Source: a virus. From it: a DNA stretch of 64,000 bases. Shown piece by piece: positions 39,284 to 49,166 of this stretch (positions are counted from its first letter, which is position 1; each line of letters begins with the position of its first letter). Both the position numbers and the translations under genes were made by a program. The notes under the pieces are model-generated. The model ran no database searches. It had not been told where the DNA came from and was given only the letters and a program-made list of their open reading frames with translations. The stretch spans positions 1,420 through 65,419 of IMG/VR virus record IMGVR_UViG_3300032300_000577. One strand, 5' to 3'.

Positions 39284-41560
39284 TTATGTAACAATATATC
39301 TAATTACAACAATGCCAGAACCACCGCGCGACCCAGTCCCAGAACCGCCCCTGCCAAGATTTGCTGGGGCGTTTGTTCCCCCACTCTGGTCAACGCCGTT
39401 ACCACCCGCACCGTAAGTAGTGCCAAAGACAACTCTACCGGCACCGGCTCCGCCGCCCGGAACACCTGCGTCACACGGTGGCGTTGACCCGGCTCCGCCA
39501 GCACCTCCTCCGCCTCCTCCATAATAAGGACACTCGTCCCTTACGGTGTCACCGGCCCCTCCGGGATTTCCAGTAGTGTTTGACGTTGAGGTAGGAAAGC
39601 CAGATGTTCCGCCATTTACCCAGCTTTGTACGCCGCCCGCTCCGCCTGTTGCGGTGTATGACGCGCCCAATGACGACGAGCCAGCGTTTGTGTTGGGATT
39701 TACACTAACAGCAACCGTCACAACATGAGACCCAGCATTAAGAGTCTGGCCGGTTTGATATAGAACACCTCCGCCTCCGCCACCCGATCTACCGCCACCT
39801 CCGCCTCCACCAACCACAAGAACGTCTGCGGTCAGCGAAGATCCGGAAATGCTAAGAGTATCGCTGCTGGTAAATGTGTGATATGTATAACCGTCGCCGG
39901 GAGTCGTAACAGTACCTCCTGTAACCACAGCCATTGCGCTGGGTGTAACATTACTACTCGCTGTATACGTCCCTGTGCCCGAATCACTCACCGCCGCCAC
40001 TCTCACAGCATAAGAAATGCCGTTGGTCAATCCTGTCAAAGTATAGGTAGTTGCTGTACTGCTGGTGTTGACAGTCTGAGCAGAGCCTCCGGATGGTGTG
40101 TATTCCACTATGTAGCCTGTGATCGCATAAGTACCGGGTGCAGACGGGGCGGTCCACGTAAGAGAGGCTTGCGTCTGACTTGGGGTTACAGTCAAACTAG
40201 TTGGCGCATTGGGTGGGGTTCCGACTATTGGTGTAACACTGCTACTTGCCACAGTATAAGCACCTAGACCTATGTCGTTCACTGCTGCAACGCGAAATAC
40301 ATATGCTGTCCCGTTGGTCAGTCCTGTGATCGTCCCACTTGTTGCTGTAGATGAGGCCGACGAAAACATCGTCCATGTTGATCCATTATTGTCGCTGTAT
40401 TGCTCTCGATAATCCGTAATCGGTGCCTGAACGATCACTCCAGTAGGTGCTGTCCATGACAGTGATGCCTTGCCATTACCTCTGGTCACAGAGAGACCTG
40501 TTGGAGCGGATGGCAGAAACAAATTCCACCTAGTATCATTGTTAGTTACAATAGCTGTTGTTCCGCTAATAGAAACATTGATTCCACTTCCAGCAATTAT
40601 ATTAGTAATTGACAACAAACCGCTAACACTACTATTAAAATTAGTAATATCACTAACAGTATGAGAGTGTCCACTAACGCTAACATTAACATTATTAAGT
40701 TGTAAATTATTACTAAAATTACCACTAGTAGCATTAATATTACCGACTACATGAAGTTTGCTTGAGGGTGATGATGTTCCTATTCCTAAATTACCAGCTA
40801 CTGAAATATTACCAGAACTTGGAAAATAAAAACCGGTTGTTAAATCATTGGATGAACTGATAGCTGGATATCCTGATGAGCCGGGAGCTATTCCATTTAA
40901 AGTTGCCACCGCTGTTGTTCCATAACCAACTCCCCAGAAAGTTAAACCGCTAGCTGGAGCTTCAGTAAAAACTATATTAGATCCGCTAATACTATATGAC
41001 GAGATTGGTTCTTGAGCAACTCCGCCCACATAAATTCCCAAAGTATTAGCACTAACTGGATAATACGGTGTTCCGCTAAATGCTAATCCGAATGATGTAG
41101 ACGATCCGTTAAAAGATGAACTTATATTGTCTAGTTTCGTATAATTAGAAGAAGATACTGAAGATACCAAACTGACATATTCTAAGACTGTTCCAGATGG
41201 GACACTGTTACTTAAGGTTACTGAAGTTCCATCAGTTGCAGTAAAATCACTACCACCTAATAATTTAACGCCGTTTTGAAATAAATCTAAATAACCAGGG
41301 GAGTAACCTTCACTAACATTAAAAGAAGATAGTGTTCCAGTTGTACTAATAGATCCTCTAACTCCAACAGACGAAGATGATCCTCCAACACTAGTTGATC
41401 CTATTCCACTAAGTGCCACCCAATTAGAAAATCCGTTACCTATCTTAAGAATACTATTAGTTAAATCATATCCTGGCTCACCACTAGCTAATACTGGATT
41501 AGCTGATATCCATTCTGAAGCTATTCCTTTGCGAAATGTAATAAGATCATTTACGGCCAT
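39284..41560 (-). CDS. Fibre protein: Mtd_N-like domain, two fibronectin type III domains, glycine-rich C-terminal domain
   Basis: FRKG...W...NPVLASGEPGYD...KIGNG; PSAPTGL...LSWTAP...GLTNGTAYVFRVAAVN (x2); LVVGGGGGGG...GGSGIVVIRY. Confidence 0.85.
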   Translation of the reverse strand: MAVNDLITFRKGIASEWISANPVLASGEPGYDLTNSILKIGNGFSNWVALSGIGSTSVGGSSSSVGVRGSISTTGTLSSFNVSEGYSPGYLDLFQNGVKLLGGSDFTATDGTSVTLSNSVPSGTVLEYVSLVSSVSSSNYTKLDNISSSFNGSSTSFGLAFSGTPYYPVSANTLGIYVGGVAQEPISSYSISGSNIVFTEAPASGLTFWGVGYGTTAVATLNGIAPGSSGYPAISSSNDLTTGFYFPSSGNISVAGNLGIGTSSPSSKLHVVGNINATSGNFSNNLQLNNVNVSVSGHSHTVSDITNFNSSVSGLLSITNIIAGSGINVSISGTTAIVTNNDTRWNLFLPSAPTGLSVTRGNGKASLSWTAPTGVIVQAPITDYREQYSDNNGSTWTMFSSASSTATSGTITGLTNGTAYVFRVAAVNDIGLGAYTVASSSVTPIVGTPPNAPTSLTVTPSQTQASLTWTAPSAPGTYAITGYIVEYTPSGGSAQTVNTSSTATTYTLTGLTNGISYAVRVAAVSDSGTGTYTASSNVTPSAMAVVTGGTVTTPGDGYTYHTFTSSDTLSISGSSLTADVLVVGGGGGGGRSGGGGGGVLYQTGQTLNAGSHVVTVAVSVNPNTNAGSSSLGASYTATGGAGGVQSWVNGGTSGFPTSTSNTTGNPGGAGDTVRDECPYYGGGGGGAGGAGSTPPCDAGVPGGGAGAGRVVFGTTYGAGGNGVDQSGGTNAPANLGRGGSGTGSRGGSGIVVIRYIVT

Positions 41561-41598
41561 TTAATAAAGTCCTACAAGACACAGGTATATTAGTTATA

Positions 41599-41605
41599 AT
41601 ACACC
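41599..41605 (-). promoter_or_regulatory. Putative late promoter (GGTGTAT)
   Basis: 39 nt upstream of 41560. Confidence 0.6.
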
Positions 41606-41634
41606 TATTGCCTATTTAAAGAAAGTTATCAATA

Positions 41635-42219
41635 TTAAGTTGTTTGATTATTCCAACTATCACTATCAACAACAAATCCAAACATAAATAGTGTTCGTGG
41701 ATTATTTCCATGACAAACTTCAACACTATGATAAAGTTCTGTTACTAAATAGCACATCATATCGCCTTCATTTAAATCATAGGTTTTATCTTCCACGTGA
41801 ATTGTGCCACCGCTTTGTGCTTTACTAGCAAGAATATTGCATCTTAGACCAACAACTCCTTCTCCCACACTTGGATCTTTATGTTTGTAAACATCGCCAT
41901 CATTGTATGTTATACTAACAACAACTCCGTCTTTGCCATGACCCTCAATAACTGGAGCTTCTGCTGTTAGTGGAACAGTTTGACGAATTCGATCTTGCAA
42001 GGTCTTTACAAGATTTGGGTAAGTAATATTCTGACTCATACGATTAGTAAGTCTTTTCTTTGTTCGATCAAATTCTTTCTTATCCCAGTCTCCGGTGATT
42101 CCGTCAACAAACTGACCATCAACCACAGCTTGACTGGCCCAATCCTTAAGAACTTGAATTTCTTCTGGTGATAGGAAATTAGGAACTAGTAAAACCTGAC
42201 CATCAAAATTGTTTGCCAT
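41635..42219 (-). CDS. 2OG-Fe(II) oxygenase (prolyl-hydroxylase-like)
   Basis: NFLSPEE, Y..GD...HKD, GG, H-x-V, R (HxD...H...R triad). Confidence 0.8.
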   Translation of the reverse strand: MANNFDGQVLLVPNFLSPEEIQVLKDWASQAVVDGQFVDGITGDWDKKEFDRTKKRLTNRMSQNITYPNLVKTLQDRIRQTVPLTAEAPVIEGHGKDGVVVSITYNDGDVYKHKDPSVGEGVVGLRCNILASKAQSGGTIHVEDKTYDLNEGDMMCYLVTELYHSVEVCHGNNPRTLFMFGFVVDSDSWNNQTT

Positions 42220-42745
42220 AATAATTCTCCTTTAATTTTTGATATAGTTCATTATCATTATAATACTGTTTGACCACTAATTCAAGTTGGCTCTCGCTTA
42301 AAACTGGTTTCTTATCATCTTTTTCTTCGTTTAATCTTGGAACTGGTGTTGGTAGTCCTAACCAAGCTGCACATTCGTCAATTTGTTCTGGAAATAAGAA
42401 GTATTTAATACTATCATTTATAAGTCCCATACTTTCTATGCTCCAAAAATGAACCTCGTCCTCCAACAAACCTTCTTCAACAGTCTTATTTCGTCTTGCG
42501 CAAGCGCTTCTGAATCTATCTACAGGATTTCGCACCATGCAACAAACTTCACACTCTGGTAATCCATTAATCAAACCTTGTGCTTGAAGGTTCATTATAG
42601 GATGCCACCTTTGATCTTTAAGAGATTCTGGATGGGTCTTTACATGATCTTTTGGAAGCATCAAATTCATTAATGCATGACTCCCGCTTCTTGTAACAAG
42701 AGCCAGTGCTTTGCCATTGTATAGTGCGCAAACTCCTTTAGGCAT
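42203..42745 (-). CDS. Sulfotransferase-like protein
   Basis: TRSGSHAL (5'-PSB-like), VRNPVDRFRSA (3'-PB-like), YYND..LY; start at MPKG (42745) avoids overlap with the upstream gene. Confidence 0.6.
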   Translation of the reverse strand: MPKGVCALYNGKALALVTRSGSHALMNLMLPKDHVKTHPESLKDQRWHPIMNLQAQGLINGLPECEVCCMVRNPVDRFRSACARRNKTVEEGLLEDEVHFWSIESMGLINDSIKYFLFPEQIDECAAWLGLPTPVPRLNEEKDDKKPVLSESQLELVVKQYYNDNELYQKLKENYYGKQF

Positions 42746-42759
42746 TTTATGTTTCTTTT

Positions 42760-44145
42760 TTAGGTTACTGTCGTGATTACGTGCTTGAATGTTGTATCTG
42801 CTATCTTTTGATTGGTCCATTCAGCACCGTCAGGAGCATTAGTATAATCTCTATGCTGAAGATATCCGTTTGTCGCATCTGTTCCAAAAGTCACCTTTGA
42901 AGCTGAAGATTCTGCTCCGCTTAATGATGACGACAAAGCTAAAGTAGAATTAGTCTCAAGCTTGTATCCTAAAACATATTGTCTAACATTAATAGGAGCT
43001 TTAGTTTCAGAACTTAAGGAGGCGGCTCTTAGATTCACGTTCTGTGAGAACTGATTTCCAGCAGCAACCGATGTCATTGAGGTTGTTCCAGAAAATGTCT
43101 CACTAACTCTTGATAAGCCTGTTGATGAGCTTGCAGGATCACTGAAGGTGTAGGTGTCAACAGTATCATAGTTTGACTTCTTGCACATTACTCTACCCAG
43201 AAAATCATTGTCGGCAGTCCCAGATAAATCAGTCCAGTAAAAATCGTCAATGTATGTGTTCCATACTCTGCTGGTGTCAGAGCTTATTGTTCCAAAACAG
43301 AAGCCTCTTGTATACCAATATGCACCAGCATAACTACAATTATTGCCGCCTTTATCACAATTATATGGATCATAAAGCTGACTAGGATTCCAACCGAATC
43401 CGGTATTGCCAAAAGCATTACCATCGGCTCCAGCATTATAGATTGATGAATTGATATCTAATGTGCTGTCTGTTTTATTCCTATTTATTTTTATTTGCGT
43501 AAGGGCTTGCGGACTGTTATTGTATGCCGCACGACCTCTTAGTACATACTTTATTTCGATATAATTCCATTGATTTAGCGTCAAAACGCTAGTTGATGTG
43601 CCAACAACAGGCCCGGCAAAATAGTTTGACAAATATACTGTTTCGCACCCATTTTTGCCGCACCAGTAATTCTTAAATACAGAGTCAAAATAATGTGTAG
43701 TAATTGCACTGTCTGGACCAGTATCAGATCTATACTGGGAGTCTTGAAATACCCAGTTGGGTCTTCTAATCTCTATATTCAGATTACTATTTATGCCTAT
43801 TATAAAGTTAGGAACAGGATTAGAGTGACTAGCACTTCCTCTGATATTTGCTCCTATGGGGGTAAAAGTTCCAAAACTTCCACCAGCAGGAAGAGTAGGG
43901 TATATAGCAAAACCAACCACACCAGAAATGTTGTGTGTGCCAGTTGGCGTTTTAAAGTATACACGAGGAAAAGTACCACCACTACTGGTCATTTTTAAGC
44001 AGCTTCCACCATTTCGTGGGGTTACGCCATTACCATCTGTACTGTTGATTACTTGTATTGTACCAGTATTTGTATAGTTAAGATAGCTTTTAACAGCATC
44101 AAATGAACTATAATTTTCAAAACCGTCGTATGTGATGATTGCCAT
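42760..44145 (-). CDS. Putative virion appendage protein (lectin-like beta fold)
   Basis: DGFE N-terminus, NQWNYIEIK, YIDDFYW; GGAG RBS. Confidence 0.55.
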   Translation of the reverse strand: MAIITYDGFENYSSFDAVKSYLNYTNTGTIQVINSTDGNGVTPRNGGSCLKMTSSGGTFPRVYFKTPTGTHNISGVVGFAIYPTLPAGGSFGTFTPIGANIRGSASHSNPVPNFIIGINSNLNIEIRRPNWVFQDSQYRSDTGPDSAITTHYFDSVFKNYWCGKNGCETVYLSNYFAGPVVGTSTSVLTLNQWNYIEIKYVLRGRAAYNNSPQALTQIKINRNKTDSTLDINSSIYNAGADGNAFGNTGFGWNPSQLYDPYNCDKGGNNCSYAGAYWYTRGFCFGTISSDTSRVWNTYIDDFYWTDLSGTADNDFLGRVMCKKSNYDTVDTYTFSDPASSSTGLSRVSETFSGTTSMTSVAAGNQFSQNVNLRAASLSSETKAPINVRQYVLGYKLETNSTLALSSSLSGAESSASKVTFGTDATNGYLQHRDYTNAPDGAEWTNQKIADTTFKHVITTVT

Positions 44146-44156
44146 TTTTTCTCCTT

Positions 44157-44621
44157 TTAAATTGGATCACTATAAATATTACTTAAGAAAGTTTGAGCTA
44201 TTCTAATATTATCAAATTCATTTTCAGCAACAGTATCAGTATGGATATTACTCAAAAAAGTTTGTCCTATTCTTATATTATCAAATTCACTATCAGCAAC
44301 AAGATCAGTATGAATATTGCTCAAGAAAGCCTGACCTATACTTAATGGGCTGATCGGTGGTCCCATAGGCGTGGACGTTGGAGTCGGAGTAGTTGCTATG
44401 GTACTAGAAGTTGGAGTATTAGTTGGCGTGGGTGTAGCTGGTATAGTACTAGAAGTAGGAGTATTGGTTATGGTGGTTGTCGGAGTAGTAGTGGGGGTCT
44501 GTGTGGGTGTGATTGCTACTGAACTGGCACTTGGAGTTGGTGTTATTGTGTCTGTAACAGAAATAGGAGGTTTGACTTTAACAATACCTTCTATAACTCT
44601 TACTTTATTGTTATTAATCAT
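44157..44621 (-). CDS. Thr/Pro-rich protein with 23-aa C-terminal tandem repeats
   Basis: Translation. Confidence 0.65.
   Translation of the reverse strand: MINNNKVRVIEGIVKVKPPISVTDTITPTPSASSVAITPTQTPTTTPTTTITNTPTSSTIPATPTPTNTPTSSTIATTPTPTSTPMGPPISPLSIGQAFLSNIHTDLVADSEFDNIRIGQTFLSNIHTDTVAENEFDNIRIAQTFLSNIYSDPI
44160..44340. repeat. 69-bp tandem repeat, ~2.6 copies (IGQxFLSNIHTDxVAxxEFDNIR)
   Basis: Repeated tcaaattca...cagcaaca..atcagtatg.atatt. Confidence 0.85.
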
Positions 44622-46792
44622 TATGGTGTTCCGCCGTCTATAATAAAGTATTTAAGCTCTGTTGCGGGTGTTGTATTTGATGAGCCTAATAACTGATTAG
44701 TAGAAGCATCAAATCTTAAGTTATTATTAACACTAGGTTTAAGGTTGCCGTTTGTACCATTAACAAATACAAGATTATTTACGTTACTTGTACTAAGATC
44801 AACTTCAACATTATTAGCATTAGTAGCTGTTCCACTTAGATCTCCAACAAATGATGTGCTAGAGACACTAGTTAGTCCTGATACAGCAGTTGTCGTACTA
44901 CCCAAGCTAACTGATGTTGAACCAATTGTAAAAGAACTATTAACTAATTGAGAATTATCAACACCACTAGCTTTGATACTAACAGATCCGGAAGAAACAC
45001 TAAAGTCTCCACTGTCAAAACTAGCTACTCCCTTAGCAGAAGTTGTAGCGTCTTGTACTGAAGCTGTTGTTACTCCTGTTACTCGACCATAAGAGTCTCT
45101 TGTAACACTCTGTACAAAAGTAGTACCAGCCGAACCGCTACCATCTGTTTGAGACACAGTATCAAGATCAATATTATCAGCATTAACAACTATGCGACCA
45201 GCCGTACCAACAGCATCTATAGTATTACCGTTCTTTGTTAAACCAGCACCAGTAGTTATTTGACCAGCGCCAGAGAATTGAGCAAATGCTAGGCTAGTTG
45301 TTCCAAGAGTGATAGTATCATTAGTAGTTAGTACCCAGCCACTATCAGCATTAACAGTACCTTCAGATACGAAAGTAAATAATCCGGTAGTAACTTTAGC
45401 GTTAGAGTCGGAATCAGATGCTCTGCTCCAAGACCCAACAGCAACATCATAGATACCATTTTGACTACCCGTAGTCTGGTTCTTTACTAATACTCTATCA
45501 CCAGCTACAACAGTAACACCGTCAATAGTTTGTGTTCCAGATAACGTTATGTTCACTGTTGTTGCAACTCTGGCGCTTTGTTTAACGTCAAGACCCATTC
45601 GTGCAGCATCGACATATGCTTTTGTAGCAGCATCTTGAGCACTAGCTGGGTCTGCCAAGCTAGTAATTTTGACACTATTGAATGACACATCTCCTGTAGG
45701 AACAGCCATTTGATCTAAACGATTTGTTCTTACGGCAGTATTAAAGTCGTTGATGTTACTAGCAACTAAACCGCTACCTCCAACAGTAAGATTGCCATTA
45801 ACAGTGACACCACTCATTGTAGGATTATTAGCAAATACCAGCGAGCCCGTTCCTGTTTCATTACTAACAAGAGTTGCAAGATTATCGCTACTTGGCGTTA
45901 ATAAAAAGTCTCTAGCATTAGCTGTTAGATCTGTAATCTCTGCTAGTTGAATAGTAGGGTCGCTTAGAGCAATAGTATAATTACCACTACTATGATTAAG
46001 GGAGATGCCACTTCCTGCTGTTAAAGAGCTACTAATGGTTAGAGTATTGTTTTCACTATTATATACAATACCAACACCACTACCAGCAACAATACTTGTA
46101 CTAACAGCATCTTCAATAAGATCATTAACACCGCTATTAAAGTTGGTAATTAAAGATGCTGGAATACCAGTTATACTAATAGTCTGATTTCCACTATTGT
46201 TTGAAATACCTATTCCACTACCTTGTACTAAGCTTTTAACTCCTAAAAGACCACTAACAGCACTATTAAAATCTGTAATATCTGTAGACTGTATTGTAGG
46301 ATCACTCAAACTAATAGTAGCTGTTTTTGCTGTGCTATTGTAATTGAAGGCTATTCCACTAACTCCAGTAATTGTAGAACCAATAACATCTTTAACAGAG
46401 TTACTGTCTAGTCCGCTTGTCGATATAATATATGAATTATCTCCAGAGACCGAAACGGAGATACCGCTTCCTGCTACTACATTTTTAACTGGTAATAGTC
46501 CGCTCACGGCACTATTGAAGTCGCTCAAATAACTTGAAGTTAATCCTGTAACAGATACTGTCATGGTTCCAGAAGTTGAGGCATATGATATGTTTATGCC
46601 ATTAGTTCCTGTAAAATCAGCTCCTGTAATATTTGCCCAAGGTAAACTTCCCCAAAGACTAGTGCCGTCACCTATCTTAAACTTTTTGATTGTTGTATCG
46701 TAACCAAGCTCTCCTTGAGCTAATGGGTTATTAGAAGAAGCCCATAAGGATGAGGATCCTCTTCTGAGCTGAATGGTAGTTAAAGCTGGCAT
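44621..46792 (-). CDS. Fibre protein with Mtd_N-like domain and internal FNSxVxxL...GSG repeats
   Basis: IQLRRG...W...LAQGELGYD...KIGDG; DAATKAYVD; IDG...GDRVLVKNQ domain. Confidence 0.8.
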   Translation of the reverse strand: MPALTTIQLRRGSSSLWASSNNPLAQGELGYDTTIKKFKIGDGTSLWGSLPWANITGADFTGTNGINISYASTSGTMTVSVTGLTSSYLSDFNSAVSGLLPVKNVVAGSGISVSVSGDNSYIISTSGLDSNSVKDVIGSTITGVSGIAFNYNSTAKTATISLSDPTIQSTDITDFNSAVSGLLGVKSLVQGSGIGISNNSGNQTISITGIPASLITNFNSGVNDLIEDAVSTSIVAGSGVGIVYNSENNTLTISSSLTAGSGISLNHSSGNYTIALSDPTIQLAEITDLTANARDFLLTPSSDNLATLVSNETGTGSLVFANNPTMSGVTVNGNLTVGGSGLVASNINDFNTAVRTNRLDQMAVPTGDVSFNSVKITSLADPASAQDAATKAYVDAARMGLDVKQSARVATTVNITLSGTQTIDGVTVVAGDRVLVKNQTTGSQNGIYDVAVGSWSRASDSDSNAKVTTGLFTFVSEGTVNADSGWVLTTNDTITLGTTSLAFAQFSGAGQITTGAGLTKNGNTIDAVGTAGRIVVNADNIDLDTVSQTDGSGSAGTTFVQSVTRDSYGRVTGVTTASVQDATTSAKGVASFDSGDFSVSSGSVSIKASGVDNSQLVNSSFTIGSTSVSLGSTTTAVSGLTSVSSTSFVGDLSGTATNANNVEVDLSTSNVNNLVFVNGTNGNLKPSVNNNLRFDASTNQLLGSSNTTPATELKYFIIDGGTP

Positions 46793-46808
46793 TTAAATCT
46801 CCGATATT

Positions 46809-47072
46809 TTAGGGGGTACCACAATCAAATGTATAGTGATCTAAATAATCATCAAGTCCGCTAATTCTAGACACGTCCAAATTTCCAGTAATTTTACTAA
46901 AAGGAATGTCTGGCAAATCATTAACTCCAATAATAGCACTTCTATTTAATATATTTACACTAGGAGAAGCAAACCTCTCTATCTCTACAACTCCAACAGT
47001 TTCTAAAAAACTAGTTTCTATAGAAATAATATTAGGGGAGGTATTTTCAACAACTACAGTAAAATCACTCAT
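46809..47072 (-). CDS. Small virion-associated protein
   Basis: Short ORF in the operon ending FDCGTP. Confidence 0.55.
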   Translation of the reverse strand: MSDFTVVVENTSPNIISIETSFLETVGVVEIERFASPSVNILNRSAIIGVNDLPDIPFSKITGNLDVSRISGLDDYLDHYTFDCGTP

Positions 47073-47473
47073 GGTTGACAATCCAGAAGGGTGTCGTTTT
47101 CACTAAATCTAGTTACAATTTTAACTGTTCCAAATATTAATCTTATTATTTCTTTTCCTCCTCCAGCATACATATCTTGAGGACTTTCTAATTCCAAATC
47201 GTATTTTGCCTTACTAAAATTAAAACTATTAGTGGTATTGGCTGGAATCTGTAATAATAATTTTCCTTGAGATCCTGTAATTTGAAACTTATAAACACTA
47301 TAATCTGTATTAGTTGTAGAAAAAATTTGAGTTACTTCATCTTCTGTTGTCCAAACAAGTCTAGCACACCAATTTGTAATGTTTATAGGAATTTGATTAC
47401 TATCTTTATATGTTAGAGCTAGTTTAAAGGAAGTTCCCTGCTCAATGGAAAAATCATATTTACTTGCTGGCAT
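47069..47473 (-). CDS. Putative structural adaptor protein
   Basis: YDFSIEQGTSF...YDLEL...G.V motif; paralogous to the N-terminus of 34905..36227. Confidence 0.6.
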   Translation of the reverse strand: MPASKYDFSIEQGTSFKLALTYKDSNQIPINITNWCARLVWTTEDEVTQIFSTTNTDYSVYKFQITGSQGKLLLQIPANTTNSFNFSKAKYDLELESPQDMYAGGGKEIIRLIFGTVKIVTRFSENDTLLDCQP

Positions 47474-47532
47474 AATAATAGCCCATAAAGTATTGTTGTA
47501 AATATATCATGAAAATTTGCATTCAAATAGGT

Positions 47533-47539
47533 ATACACC
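47533..47539 (-). promoter_or_regulatory. Putative late promoter (GGTGTAT)
   Basis: Just after the capsid terminator, upstream of 47473. Confidence 0.6.
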
Positions 47540-47568
47540 TTATTGATAAGGTATTATGTCATTCATAT

Positions 47569-47604
47569 AAAAAAAGAAGGGCCGGGGTTTTAAGCCCAGC
47601 CCTT
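47569..47604 (-). terminator. Intrinsic terminator after major capsid gene
   Basis: aagggctggg-loop-ccggcccttc followed by a long T-run on the minus strand. Confidence 0.8.
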
Positions 47605-47639
47605 ACTTTTAAGTATAGTCGATTAAGTTCTTAGCGTTC

Positions 47640-48665
47640 TTATAGAGCGCCAACTAGAACTCTACGATTGTCTAGAACAGCAAAGCCCTGCTCTGCCCAG
47701 CCATAGAAGCCAGCTCTCTTGGAACGATGTAGTGTATCGTCCTCGAAAATTTGAACTTCTTCACGAACTGGCATAATGAAGCTATCGCTCTTGCGTAGGT
47801 CAAGACCAACAACAACTTCAACCTTATCGTCGGCTGAACCATTGTCAGGTAGTGTACCACCGAGAGTATCTGTATAGAACAATTGGTATTCCTGACCAAC
47901 ACCGAGTTCGTCGATGTCGTGAAGGTTAACTCCAAAGATTCTGTTAATAGCACCATCAGCAGCAGTGTAGATTTCACGACGAGTTACATCGTCAACTAGA
48001 TCTAGACCCCAGTTACGAATGTCTTCCATACTTTCTGGAGAGACATAAAGATCGGTTAAGATACCACGGTTATTACTAGCCGAGTTACCGCCACCGTTTC
48101 TGCGCATAACAGTCTTCATAAGACTGACTAGACGCTTTGTAAACTGACCAGCAGAAGCGTCACTATCATAAACAACGATGTTACGATCAACACCGGCTGC
48201 CATGATGGTGTGCCATCCGTCGTCGTTCATCTTCTTAACAAACTGACTTTCGAGAACTTCCATAGCACGACCAACTACGTCCCAGCGAGCATCACGAGCA
48301 TACTTTAGTAGGTAGTCAATACTAGCACCGATGTCATAGGTTGGGACCATGACGTAATCACCTTCAACATGGCGTTCTGGAATATAGCCATGATTTGGGA
48401 TAGTATAAGCCACGAAGTCTTTTTCTGTGCCTGGGGCAAGAAAATCAAGTGGGAACTCAGGAGTAGCACTCTGAGCAAGCTTAATTGGCTCGAAAATACC
48501 ATCTAGGATATTTCCGCTCAATAGAGCTTGTCTTAGTGGCAACTCTAGAGCCTTAGCAAACTCGTGAGTAGCTGCTAAAGCGGTTTCTCTATTCATTGAA
48601 CCAGAACGAACTAGAAGATCTGTTAGTTCTGGAGTGGGCTGAAAAGTTTTATTGTTACCTGACAT
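47640..48665 (-). CDS. Major capsid protein (HK97 fold)
   Basis: 341 aa; follows portal-protease-decoration; GGGAG RBS; own terminator; GFYGWAEQGFAVLD C-terminus. Confidence 0.85.
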   Translation of the reverse strand: MSGNNKTFQPTPELTDLLVRSGSMNRETALAATHEFAKALELPLRQALLSGNILDGIFEPIKLAQSATPEFPLDFLAPGTEKDFVAYTIPNHGYIPERHVEGDYVMVPTYDIGASIDYLLKYARDARWDVVGRAMEVLESQFVKKMNDDGWHTIMAAGVDRNIVVYDSDASAGQFTKRLVSLMKTVMRRNGGGNSASNNRGILTDLYVSPESMEDIRNWGLDLVDDVTRREIYTAADGAINRIFGVNLHDIDELGVGQEYQLFYTDTLGGTLPDNGSADDKVEVVVGLDLRKSDSFIMPVREEVQIFEDDTLHRSKRAGFYGWAEQGFAVLDNRRVLVGAL

Positions 48666-48695
48666 TGTTTTTATCTCCCTTTATTTAGTTTAGAA

Positions 48696-49145
48696 TTATA
48701 GATTGACCGATACTTTAGCATAACCGTTAGAATCTACGGCACTGAGGAACTGACCAACTTTGACGGTACCAGCAGCTTGAACTGTGCTAAGGACACCATT
48801 ATTGGCGACATAAGCATCAGCACCAGCAGCAGGAGTTCCGGCTACGAGGTTGGTAGTAACTTGACCTTGACGTAGTAGTGTAACTTTGCCACCAACTTGT
48901 ACTTCGTCTTTGTGCCAATTGATGTGCTGTCTTGTTAGATCAAGATCAACAACATCATTTAGTAGAAGACCAACTGGTTTTGCGCCAGAGGCAACTGCAG
49001 CATAAGCTACGACAGCGGTGGCATCATCCATAGATACGCCAACACCGCCAGTAACTACCGAAGCAACGCCACCACGAGTAGCGGTTGAATTCATGAAAAA
49101 AGAAACGTCTGTGAGAAGTTCGATACGATCTGGTTTTAGAGCCAT
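48696..49145 (-). CDS. Putative capsid decoration/cement protein
   Basis: 149 aa, Gly/Ala/Val-rich, between scaffold and capsid; GGGAG RBS. Confidence 0.65.
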   Translation of the reverse strand: MALKPDRIELLTDVSFFMNSTATRGGVASVVTGGVGVSMDDATAVVAYAAVASGAKPVGLLLNDVVDLDLTRQHINWHKDEVQVGGKVTLLRQGQVTTNLVAGTPAAGADAYVANNGVLSTVQAAGTVKVGQFLSAVDSNGYAKVSVNL

Positions 49146-49166
49146 TGTTAAATCTCCCTTAAAAAG

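Noticed and set aside
42746-42820. Longer N-terminus for the sulfotransferase-like ORF
   Set aside because: It overlaps the upstream gene by about 60 nt; the ATG at 42745 fits operon packing better.
39284-46792. Diversity-generating retroelement suggested by Mtd_N-like domains
   Set aside because: No reverse transcriptase and no TR/VR pair with adenine-specific mismatches in the window; Mtd_N is a generic fibre N-terminal domain.
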